This document shows positions 51,485 through 61,259 of a DNA stretch of 64,000 nucleotides, piece after piece (positions within the stretch are counted from its first letter, which is position 1; the number at the start of each line of letters is the position of its first letter). A model generated the notes under the pieces. That model was not told where the DNA came from. It saw only the letters and a program-made list of their open reading frames with translations, and searched no databases. The DNA is from an uncultured Verrucomicrobiae bacterium (GTDB taxonomy: Bacteria > Verrucomicrobiota > Verrucomicrobiia > Palsa-1439). A program made the position numbers and the translations under genes. The DNA is taken from the NCBI GenBank assembly GCA_963812605.1, contig CAWEWF010000014.1:320001-384000 (forward strand), in the 5' to 3' direction.

Positions 51485-51621
51485 ATTCCGGGTTGTGCGA
51501 GGGTCTTCCGATCCCGCACTGTTTTCGACCGAAGGTCTCCAGTGAACGGCGCGGTCAGGGAGCCGAGTTCGACGAGACCTGCGGAGCAGAAACCGGCGCC
51601 GAACATCCTTTTTCCCCGTGC

Positions 51622-52086
51622 CTAATTCACGCCCAGCAGTTCGACTTCGAATACCAGCGTGGCATTCGGGGGGATCACGCCGCCCGCGCCCCTTGCGCCG
51701 TAACCCAGATCGGACGGAATGGTGAGCTTGCGAATGCCGCCCACCTTCATTCCCGCAACGCCCTGGTCCCAGCCTTTGATGACCTGGCCGCCACCTAGTT
51801 GGAAGGTGAACGGCTGTCCGCGGTCCTTGGACGAATCAAACTTTGTGCCGTCGGTGAGCCAGCCCGTATAATGGACCGTCACGCGCTTCCCGGCAACGGC
51901 TTCGTCACCTGTCCCGATTTTAGAATCTTCCTTTTGCAATTCAGTCACAGTAGCTCCTGGTTGTGCGGGCGCAACGACGGCCCGCGGTGATGCCGCCGGT
52001 GCGTTCGAATCGGGTGCCTCCTGCTTCTCGCACGCCGAAGCGAGGACGATGAGACAAAGGGCCAATGAATAAAGGGCTCGATCCAT
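51622..52086 (-). CDS. FKBP-type peptidyl-prolyl isomerase (lipoprotein)
   Basis: [32 protein letters not shown]; lipobox ASAC. Confidence 0.95.
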   Translation of the reverse strand: MDRALYSLALCLIVLASACEKQEAPDSNAPAASPRAVVAPAQPGATVTELQKEDSKIGTGDEAVAGKRVTVHYTGWLTDGTKFDSSKDRGQPFTFQLGGGQVIKGWDQGVAGMKVGGIRKLTIPSDLGYGARGAGGVIPPNATLVFEVELLGVN

Positions 52087-52088
52087 TC

Positions 52089-52670
52089 CTAATTCACTCC
52101 CAGCAGTTCCACCTCAAACACCAGCGTGGCATTGTGGGGAATCACGCCACCCGCGCCGCTGACGACGCCGTAGCCCAGCTCGGGTGGAATGGTCAGTTTG
52201 CGAATGCCGCCCACCTTCATTCCCACAATACCCTGGTCCCACCCCTCGATGACCTGGCCGCCGCCCAGTTGGAAGGTGAACGGCTGTCCGCGGTCCCTGG
52301 ACGAGTCAAACTTTTTGCCGTTAGTGAGCCAGCCCGTGTACTGGACTGACACAAGCTTGCCCGTCGTGGCCTCGTCACCCGTGCCAACTTTGGTATCTTC
52401 AATTTTCAACCCGGTCACAGCAGCTTCTGGTGGAGTGGGCGTAGCTGCCACCGGTTGAGTGGACGCAACGGTCGTGGGTTGAGCTGATGTAGCAGCGGTA
52501 GCTGGTTGCGCCGCCGAGGTAGTTGTAGCCGCAGGCGGTGACTGCGGCCCCGCCGTTTCGGCCTGTTTGGGCGCATCGCTCTGCGAGCAAGCCGTCGCGA
52601 GCACGACCAGCACAAGAACGAATGCATACGCGACGACAAATCGACGCAACATCAAGGATGCGTTCTTCAT
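52089..52670 (-). CDS. FKBP-type peptidyl-prolyl isomerase (lipoprotein), tandem paralog
   Basis: Same motifs, Ala/Thr/Pro linker, lipobox ATAC; start approximate. Confidence 0.9.
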   Translation of the reverse strand: MKNASLMLRRFVVAYAFVLVLVVLATACSQSDAPKQAETAGPQSPPAATTTSAAQPATAATSAQPTTVASTQPVAATPTPPEAAVTGLKIEDTKVGTGDEATTGKLVSVQYTGWLTNGKKFDSSRDRGQPFTFQLGGGQVIEGWDQGIVGMKVGGIRKLTIPPELGYGVVSGAGGVIPHNATLVFEVELLGVN

Positions 52671-52801
52671 GGTCATGCGTGGAAGTCTAATGACCGCGAA
52701 CGGCGATTGCAAGTGTGGTGGCGCTTGCCACAGCTCCAGCCCGAACTTGCTACAGGAGAATCAATCCCATAGAATTGTACCGATATGCGAGAGGAGGCGT
52801 T

Positions 52802-53227
52802 ATGGTCGTTTATCGACTTGTAAACTCCGGACACGATCCTATTGGAGCTGGTCAACCTCTGACGCGCCCAAGTGATCACAGCAACCAGAAACTCGGTCCC
52901 GGAATGTACTTTGCTATGGATGAAGCTGCCGCGCTTCAATTCTCCAAGACGCGGCATGGTCACACGTATACGCATCTTTTGTCGTGTGATCTGGTTGGGC
53001 TGACCTCTAACGATTTTGTTGATATCGAGATTCCTGAGAATGCGCGTGCAATTCGTGAATCGCCACATGGCAAAAAATCTCACAGCGAGCGGTATTACAA
53101 CTATTGCTTGTCTAATGGCTTTAAGGGCATCATCTGGCACGCGCGAGCTGGGTGGGTTGAATTGGTGCTTTTTGAACCGTTCGTTGCGGGGAAGGTAATC
53201 ATCAAAGAAGCGAAGGCGTTGGATTGA
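52802..53227 (+). CDS. ADP-ribosyltransferase-fold-like protein
   Basis: VYR at the first strand, LGPGMYFA...A..F, G..GII, E.VLF; strong RBS GAGGAGG. Confidence 0.55.
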   Translation: MVVYRLVNSGHDPIGAGQPLTRPSDHSNQKLGPGMYFAMDEAAALQFSKTRHGHTYTHLLSCDLVGLTSNDFVDIEIPENARAIRESPHGKKSHSERYYNYCLSNGFKGIIWHARAGWVELVLFEPFVAGKVIIKEAKALD

Positions 53228-53228
53228 C

Positions 53229-54053
53229 ATGAACCAGAAGGAAGTATTCAAGAAGGTCAAACGAGCGACTGTCGCGCTCGGTTTGGTGGATTTCGACAAC
53301 AAGAAGCGCCCTTATGAGATTATTGGCAGTGGTTTCTGCATCGATGCCTCCGGCATAATTGTGACTTGTGCTCACGTTATAAATGCATTTATGGCCAAAT
53401 CAATTCCAGAGCAGATTGCACAGGCCGAAGCTGATCCACGTAACAAGGGCAAAGCTGACAAGATGGGTGTGGTAGAAGGCGCATACTTCTATGCAGTTTT
53501 TTATGCGCCCGAGGAATCCTCAACACGGCTAATCACTTTCCCGACACCGATGGAATGCTGTGTGGCGAACGCCAATAGAGACATTGGGCTGGTCAAGGTA
53601 TCCAGCAAACACGAGTATTTTCAATCGGGCTTCCCGTTTCTTGAAGTGGAGGATTACGAGAATCTGGACGAAGGATTAGAAATCGGCATTTGTGGATTCC
53701 CACTGGGAACGCATCTGATGGATGAGCTCGGGACGGTTACGAGTTCCTTCACGAAGGGAATGATAAGCTCGATAATTCCGTCGCCAGGAGTGCCGGTTAC
53801 CAATTTGGGTGGTTTTCAATTGGACGTCACGGCTACTCACGGGAACAGCGGCGGACCTGTCTTTTCAGTGGAAAGCGGAAAGGTTTTTGGAATCCTTTCG
53901 CAGGGCGTGGGGAATCTCGCAGGGCAGATTGTTCCGGGATTTGTCAAAGCCGAACCCGTGTATCCAGTTTTGGACGCGGTCGCGCGACTTAAATCAGAGG
54001 ATGAGGCTCAATTCGACCAAATGGCCAAAGACTTTCTCAAACTTGGTGCGTAG
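53229..54053 (+). CDS. trypsin-like serine protease, cytoplasmic
   Basis: IGSGF, VTCAHV (His), DIGLV (Asp), GFP, GNSGGP (Ser); no signal peptide. Confidence 0.9.
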   Translation: MNQKEVFKKVKRATVALGLVDFDNKKRPYEIIGSGFCIDASGIIVTCAHVINAFMAKSIPEQIAQAEADPRNKGKADKMGVVEGAYFYAVFYAPEESSTRLITFPTPMECCVANANRDIGLVKVSSKHEYFQSGFPFLEVEDYENLDEGLEIGICGFPLGTHLMDELGTVTSSFTKGMISSIIPSPGVPVTNLGGFQLDVTATHGNSGGPVFSVESGKVFGILSQGVGNLAGQIVPGFVKAEPVYPVLDAVARLKSEDEAQFDQMAKDFLKLGA

Positions 54054-54087
54054 AGGTCGGTGACCGCCGGCTCACTCTAGACGATCT

Positions 54088-54300
54088 TCATTTCACGAAC
54101 CGACGCTTTACCTCCTCGTGAGCAACCACCCGGCCTTTATTCGCGGCCTGCTTCGCGTTAGCGATCTTCGTCCGAACGTACAACGCTTCTTCTCGGTCAA
54201 GCATCCGGGCAGCTTCGGCAACGATCTCCATTCGGGCTCCTTCGGACAAGTTGCCGCCGCCCAATCTTTCTGCGTTCTTAGTGTTGGCCCTCTTGCTCAC
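54088..54300 (-). CDS. possible antitoxin-like small protein or remnant
   Basis: C-terminus LYVRTKI......KGRVVAHEEVKRRF resembles ParD-like antitoxin tails. Confidence 0.4.
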   Translation of the reverse strand: MSKRANTKNAERLGGGNLSEGARMEIVAEAARMLDREEALYVRTKIANAKQAANKGRVVAHEEVKRRFVK

Positions 54301-54550
54301 TGCGAAAAGACTAAGCGAAACAAGTCAGTTAATCAAGTTGTCAGGCAAGAGGTGATCGCAAATTGCGACCACCTACCGGGCGGCAAGGCGGAAGCAGAAG
54401 AAAGAGAGCAACCGCCGTCGTCGGGACCAGGCTCGCCGAATCGTCAAGCAGGAGACTGCGACACCGGCGTCCCCCTGATGCCTAGTACTAGTAGGCAACA
54501 AACTGTCTCACCGTACGTCGACGCATAAAATCAGCTGTCAGTGAAGCAAT

Positions 54551-54573
54551 GATACATGGTAGTACCATGTATC
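54551..54573. promoter_or_regulatory. perfect 23-bp palindrome, operator-like
   Basis: GATACATGGTA-G-TACCATGTATC. Confidence 0.4.
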
Positions 54574-54661
54574 GCATAGTCAGTCAGGAAGGTCGTCATT
54601 CTGAGATCGTCGAGCAATTCCGAGATGGGGCACGACGCGGCTCTTGCAGCGACACTTGTCC

Positions 54662-57600
54662 TTACTCCTGTAAGTCGCTCACATCACCCACACCAAAATA
54701 CGCGCAATCCGGATGATGAAAAACCAGCGCGCTCACGCTGGCCTCCGGGTCCATCATGAAGCCTTCGGTCAATTGCACGCCAATCTCCTCCGGCTTTAGC
54801 AGTTTCCAGATCCCGGCTTGGTCTTCCAACGCGGGACAGGCGGGGTAGCCGAAGCTGTAGCGCCGGCCTTGGTATTTGGTCGTGAAACGGTTGATCATCG
54901 TCATATCGGTGGGATCGGGGAAACCCCAGTCCTCGCGGATGCGGCGATGCAGCCACTCGGCGCAGCCTTCGGCGGTCTCGATGGCGAGCGCTTGTAGCGC
55001 GTGCGATTTCAGGTATTCGCCCTTCGCCTTGTATTCCTCGGCGCGTTGGCGGATTCCCGTGCCCGCGCCAACGACGAAGAGAGCGACGCTGTCAGCCCGT
55101 TTCTCGCCGGAGGCCCGTTATACGAAGGCATAACATAGTCGGACAGGCACAAGCCATCGGGCTTGCGCTGGCGGTGGAAGCGGAAGGTGTGTATTGGCGC
55201 GGGCGTCTCGCCCGTGATTGTCTTCAATCGACCGGCGGGCGGGACGCCCGCCCTCACTGATGAATACAGCTTGATTGAATTCCCATCCGCTTCCGCCTCG
55301 AAAAACTGCCACACGGCTTTCACCTTCATGAACTTGGCGGCTTCGGCTTGAACGTCCTCGACGAGGTTGTGCAGCTCCAGCGCTTTCGGGTCGCGGGCGG
55401 CGAGCGCTTTCTCGTAGTTGGATTTGAAACCGAGATGGCGGACGTAGAGCATCTGCGGGTTGATGTATTCCCAAATCTCGCGAAGTTGCGGCACATCGCG
55501 CACCTTGCGCTCGGGGTAGGGCGCCGGCAACGGCGGCACGATGCGCACGCGTGAACTGCGCTTGGTCGTCTCGGGATATTCCTCCACCTTTTCCACCACG
55601 GCGGCGACGGCGACGGGCTTGTGTTCCGTCATCACCTTGTCGCGCTCGGCGGGGTCCATCAATCGGTTCATGATCGACAGGCCCGTCATCGCGTCTTTGC
55701 AGTACACCACGACGCGCTCGTAGCTCGGCGAAATCCGGCTGCGCGTGAACTTGTCGCTCAACGCCGCGCCACCCACCAGCAACGGCACGGTGATGCCCGC
55801 GTTTTTGAGGTCACCCGCGGTGATGACCATTTGCTGCGCGCTTTTTACCAACAGGCCCGACAAACCGATGGCGTCAGGCTTGTGCTCGCGATAGGCCTTG
55901 ATCAGTTCTTCGGGCGCTATCTTGATGCCGAGATTGATGACGTTGAAGCCGTTGTTCGAGAGAATAATCTCGACGAGGTTCTTGCCGATGTCATGCACGT
56001 CGCCCTTGACGGTGGCGAGCAGGACCTTGCCCTTCGTCGAGTCGGCTTTCTTCTCCATGAATTGTTCGAGGTGCGCGACGGCGGCCTTCATCGCCTCGGC
56101 GCTTTGCAGCACTTCCGCGACGATCAACTCGTTGGCGTTGAACAGGCGGCCGACCTCCTTCATCCCGTCCATGAGCGGGCCGTTGATGATGTCCAGCGGC
56201 GCGGCTTCCTTGAGTTTCAAATCGAGATCGGGAATGAGCCCTTCCTTCGAGCCTTCGAGAATGTAATTCGCCAGCCGTCCGTCGAGCGGCAGATCGGAGG
56301 TCTTTTTCTTCACGCGGCTCTCGGCGGTGCGGAAATGCTCATTGATCGCCGCGATGTGATGCTGGTTGATCGCCGCGCGCTGTTCCTTGGTCTGCTCGCG
56401 GTAATCACGCGGCGTGTCGAGACCTTCAAATGGGTAATTCCACAACAGATCCTCGACGAACTTCCGTTCCTTTTCGGGGATGGTGGCGTAGCGTTCGAGT
56501 TTTTCGGCGTTGACGATGGCGAGATCGAGCCCCGCCTTGGTCGCGTGATAGAGGAACACGGAATTGATGACCTCGCGCGCCGCGGGCGGCAGACCGAAGC
56601 TGACGTTGCTCACACCGAGAATGGTTTTGCAGCGCGGCAACGCGGCCTTGATCAGCCGCACGCCCTCGATGGTCTCGACGGCGCTGCCGATGTAGTTCTC
56701 GTCGCCGGTGGCGCAGGGAAACACGAGCGGGTCGAAAATGATGTCTTCCTCGGCGATGCCGTGGGCGACGCAATAATCGCGGGCACGCTGGGCGATGGCG
56801 AGTTTGCGTTCGCGCGTGATGGCCTGCGCCTGCTGCTTGTCCTCGTCAATCGAGCCGATGACGATTGCCGCGCCGAATTTCTTCACCAGCGGCAACACCT
56901 TGTGGAATTTTTCCTCGCCGTCCTCGAAGTTGATGGAGTTGATGATGCTCTTGCCGAGGCAATACGTCAGCGCCCGCTCGACCGACTTGTAATTCGTCGA
57001 GTCGATCATGAACGGCACTTTGACCTTGTGAATGACCTTCTCGTAAAAGCGGTCGATGTCCGTCAATTCGTCGCGGTCGGTGTTTTCGAGGTTGATGTCG
57101 ATGATATGCGCGCCGCTCTTGACCTGGGCGCGCGCGATCTCCGTCGCTTCCTCGAATTTTTCGTCGGTAATCAACCTCTTGAACGCGCGCGAGCCGACTT
57201 CGTTGGTGCGTTCGCCAACGATGAGCGGACGGTTGTCGTCGGTCGCTTCGACGAGTTCGATGCCGCTGTACCATGATTTGCGTTGCGCGCGGAACTTGCG
57301 CGGGTCCTTGCCCTCGACCATCTGCGCGATGGCTTTGATGTGCGCCGGCGTCGTGCCGCAACACCCGCCGACGATATTGAGCCAGCCGTTTTTGACAAAG
57401 CGCTCGATGGCCGACGCGAGCGAGGTCGGTGTTTCGAGATACAGGCCGTCGTCATTGGGCAACCCGGCATTTGGGTAACACGAAACGCGCGTGTTGGCCA
57501 TTTGACTGATCGTGCGGAGGTGGTCCGTCATGAATTCCGGACCCGTCGCGCAGTTCAACCCGATGCTGAGCAAATCAACATGCTGAAGCGAGGCGACGAG

Positions 57601-58257
57601 TGCATCCGCCGCTTGTCCGGCAAGCATGGTCCCAGTCGGCTCGATCGTGCCCGAAACCATAATCGGCAGTTGGTAGCCCAATTCATCGAATGCTTTCTGG
57701 ATGCCGATGAGAGCGGCCTTAATGTTTCGCGTATCCTGGCAGGTCTCAACGAGCAGAATGTCCGCGCCGCCCTCGGCGAGCCCACGAACCTGCTGGTAGA
57801 AATTCTCGATCAACCCATCGAATGTCACGCCACCCGTGACGGTGATGGCTTTTGTGGTCGGCCCGATGGATGCGGCAACGAAACGCGGTTTGTTCGGCGT
57901 GGAAAATTCCGCGGCAGCCTGGCGAGCGATTTTGGCGGCGGCGACATTGATCTCGTGACATTTGTCCGCAAGATTGTACTCCGCAAGGACCAGCGGCGTG
58001 CTGCCAAAGGTGTCGGTTTCAACAATGTCCGCGCCGGACGCATAATATTCGCGGTGAATGTTGCGAATAATGTCTGGACGCCTGAGCACGAGTATTTCGT
58101 TACAACCTTGCAAGGCAGGGCCGCCGAAGTCGTCCTCGGTAAGCAGTCCGGTTTTCTCTCGCTCCTGGATCATCGTCCCCATCGCGCCGTCGAGCACGAG
58201 GATGCGTTCATCCAGCAACGACTTCAGCAGTTTGGTTCTATCCGTGCGTTCGCTCAT
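54662..58257 (-). CDS. metH: cobalamin-dependent methionine synthase (frameshift near 55100)
   Basis: LDGAMGT, GLNC, GGCCGT, VGERTN, KGDVHDIGKN, SGLL, RYSFGYPACP, PEASVSA. Confidence 0.97.
55194..55258. repeat. REP-like palindromic doublet inserted in-frame in metH
   Basis: ttggcgcgggcgtctcgcccgtg ... gcgggcgggacgcccgccctca; translates within VRAGVPPAGRLKTITGETPAP. Confidence 0.7.
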
Positions 58258-58334
58258 GTGAAAACCAAGGGCGATACATTAGCAGCCGGGCTGCCGCAAA
58301 ACAAGCGGCGGCCCGGACTGCGTTTGCGGTTCGT

Positions 58335-58526
58335 TCAGATCTGGAAGTCCAACGGGAAATCCAGTGTTTCGGCCAATTCCTCAAGGCGGCCCGCGCCTTG
58401 TTGCTCCATAAAAGTGGCTCTGAGGGACGTGGCCGTTGGCTTTGAAGCGTCGTCTGCGGGTGTCGAAGTGCGGCTGGTTTCGTGTTGGACGACTGCGACT
58501 GTTGGTTGTGTTGCTGTAACGTACAT
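58335..58526 (-). CDS. 63-aa unannotated protein downstream of the SAM riboswitch
   Basis: ATG preceded by GAAAGGAA RBS; located between the riboswitch terminator and metH. Confidence 0.6.
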   Translation of the reverse strand: MYVTATQPTVAVVQHETSRTSTPADDASKPTATSLRATFMEQQGAGRLEELAETLDFPLDFQI

Positions 58527-58560
58527 GATGCGTAATTCCTTTCGGTTCACGCATCAGGAC

Positions 58561-58598
58561 AAACAAAAACCGCGTCTCGCATCAAGCGAAGCGCGGTT
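58561..58598 (-). terminator. intrinsic terminator / expression platform of the riboswitch
   Basis: Minus strand aaccgcgcttcgc-ttgat-gcgagacgcggtt followed by tttgttt. Confidence 0.75.
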
Positions 58599-58602
58599 GC
58601 GC

Positions 58603-58734
58603 GGAGCTTATTGTTCGAACGGCCATTTGCCGCTCGCACATCGTTCAAGGCTGACTGCCCTGAGCAAGCCACCGTAGGCGCTCCCGCCTCGGTTGGCAGG
58701 CCCCAATCCATATCGGGGTCATTCCTGATGCTGC
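58603..58734 (-). ncRNA. SAM-I/IV-type riboswitch
   Basis: Minus strand: P1 gcAUC..GAUgu, J1/2 AGGA, P2 ccccgau/auugggg, P3 GCCAACC/GGUGGC with GGAG loop, P4 ucagggc/gccuuga, P5 cgagcggc/gccguucg, and a 3' GCUCC able to pair the P3 loop; upstream of metH. Confidence 0.8.
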
Positions 58735-58811
58735 CCGAAGTATACGGATTTCCGTCCGATTTGCAAGCAAAACTTGCGGAGGACAATAATTGCGTGGAAA
58801 ATGAAGAAGTC

Positions 58812-59439
58812 ATGAGAGCGACCATCTTCGTAACCGCGATACTTCTGAGCGTGTGCGTCTGGGCGCGCGGAGAAGGGAAGGAGGCAGCCATGCCACAATT
58901 CACATTGACCAGTCCGAGCTTTCGAAACAGCCAACCGATACCCGCCAAGCATTCGTGCGAGGGTGGAGATGTGTCGCCTGAACTCAAATGGGAAGGCGCA
59001 CCGGCGGGAACAAAGAGCTTTGCGCTGATCTGCGACGATCCCGATGCGCCGGGCGGAACGTGGGTGCATTGGTTGATTTACAATACTCCAGGGGACACGA
59101 CAGAACTGCCGCTTGGGATTCGGATGAAAGATGATGTTGTCGTGGCAGCTTGGTCACCATCTCAAGAAACCGGCAGGATGGCAGGTCCTTGCCGTCTCCG
59201 GACTGCTGTCGGAAAGCTGCCGGGTGCCAAGCAGGGTGTCAACGATTTCGGGAAGGTGGGCTACGGCGGTCCGTGTCCGCCGCGGGGGCACGGCGTGCAC
59301 CATTATCATTTTCGGTCTGTATGCATTGGATACGGAACTAAAGCTGGCGCCGCGCGTGACGCGTCAGCAACTTGATGCCGCGATGAAGGGACATATCATC
59401 GCGGAAACGGAGCTGGTTGGAACGTTTCAGCGGGAGTGA
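58812..59439 (+). CDS. YbhB/YbcL (PEBP / Raf kinase inhibitor-like) protein (frameshift near 59315)
   Basis: LTSPSF, DVSPEL.W, DDPDAP, WVHW, GYGGPCPP, H.YHF, LYALD. Confidence 0.9.
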
Positions 59440-60136
59440 AGGGCGTTTGTCTGCTTCTGCAATTCGGTGCGGATGGTCGTGAGGATTTCGTAGTAGCGCC
59501 AGGCGGCGGGAGCGTCGGATTCTTGATGATGATCGGGCTTCAATATCGAGATCGCCTGTCGCCAGCAAAACTTTCTGCACTTCGGGATTCTGTCGAACCT
59601 TTTCGCGGGTCGCTTCCACGATCAATTTGTAGTGCTCGTCTGACGTTGCGGACCTAGGTTCCATACGCTTGCCTTCAAAAGTGATCCACGTAATGCCCAT
59701 CTTTTTCATGTTCGCGTCGGCCGCCGAGCCCGCATGTTTCGCGTCGAATGCCGTGAGTTGCCCGACCTCTTCACGCGTGAATTTCCATTCCAACCCCGGA
59801 AAGGTTGCACGCGGATCGTTGGCGTCCTCGGGATATTTCATCATTTGCCAGAATCCCTCGAGGCTGGCATATCTCTTTCCGTGAAAGGTGAACGGCGTCG
59901 GCGCGAAATTGGAGAGCAGGCCGAGTTCGTTGCGCTTTGAGAGAATCACTTCGCCGGGGCCGGCTTCTTGCGGCAGGATTTCCCACGCTGGCGCGCCATT
60001 CGTCGGCACCGGAGTCCACCAATGCGCCGGGTACTTCGTGATCGCGGGCGATCGTCGGGGAATCCGCAAAGGCGCCCACTGCAAACAACGTTAGAAGCAG
60101 ACAACATCCCGCGCAAATACCCGTCTCGGTTGGCAT
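59427..60136 (-). CDS. NADAR-domain protein with signal peptide (frameshifts near 60050 and 59550)
   Basis: LSNFAPTPF...G..Y.S.EGFWQ..K, K..QNP.V...LL.TG; hydrophobic N-terminus ending AFA in an alternate frame. Confidence 0.7.
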
Positions 60137-60230
60137 GAATTGACTATCGGATACGATGCGCGAAACCACAAGATTGTCTTGTTGTCTTGCAGCGGGAATC
60201 GCGCAGGCTTATCGTGGCGCGCAATCGTAG

Positions 60231-61219
60231 ATGAGTACCACGCAAGCTGAATTGATCGGTCCGTTGCTGCGCAGACGTGTCGCGCTCGTTTTATCTCACG
60301 TTGCGCGTGTTGCCGAAGGAGATTCGACCGCAGATTTCGCTCGCCTACCTGTTGGCGCGGGCGACCGACACGATTGCGGACACGAAAGCGGTGCCGCGCG
60401 CGAAGCGCATCAATGCGCTGCAACAGCTTCAGAATCTCACCCATCTGCCGGAATTGGGTGAGATCGCGGGCCAACAAACTTCTGCCGGCGAAAAACAACT
60501 GCTGAAACGGTTGGAGGATTGCGTTGGGGCGCTGGGACAGTTGGAGGAAGCGGATGGCCACCGAATCCGGGAATTGCTGAGAATTATTGTCGGCGGCCAG
60601 ATCTTCGATCTCCAACGTTTTCCCGGCGAGTCGGAGAAACACATCGTCGCACTTGCCGACGACGATGAGTTGGATCGTTACACCTACATGGTGGCGGGAT
60701 GTGTTGGGGAATTCTGGACAAAGATGTGTGTCGCGCATCTTCCTGCGGTCAGCGATTGGAATATAGAGGAAATGTCTGCCCTGGGGGTGCGTTTTGGCAA
60801 GGGGTTGCAACTCGTGAACGTGTTGCGCGACATCCCGAAAGACCTGCGCATCGGTCGCTGTTATCTTCCGGTGAGTTGGCCGGCCGGATTGCTGGATCCC
60901 CATTACTTTGAGACAATTCGTCCGATCTACATGCGGTGGCTGGATGCGGCGGTAGCGCATCTGGATGCCGGCTGGCAGTACACCATGCGGATCCCGCGTT
61001 CTGAGGTCCGATTGCGGCTGGCGTGCACCTGGCCGATTTGGATCGGTTTGATGACCATTGCACGATTGCGCACTGAGAATCCGCTCGACCCAGTGCGCCG
61101 CGTCAAGATTTCGCGCAGTCAGGTTTACGGCGTGATCCTCCGGTCGTCACTGACGAGTCGCGGCGACACAGCGTTGAACCGAGCGCCAGCGCAGCCTTCG
61201 CGTCGCCGCGGCAGGTTAG
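60231..61219 (+). CDS. squalene/phytoene synthase family protein (indels near 60275 and 61185)
   Basis: VSRSF, AYLLARATDTIAD, LD.YTY.VAGCVG, GKGLQLVN.LRD...D...GRCYLP. Confidence 0.9.
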
Positions 61220-61259
61220 CACTTGAAAAACCCCCAGCTTGGCCTAGGATAACCCCGCT

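Noticed and set aside
55621-58677. Long plus-strand ORFs (551 and 464 aa)
   Set aside because: Antisense to metH; a typical high-GC shadow frame with no motifs
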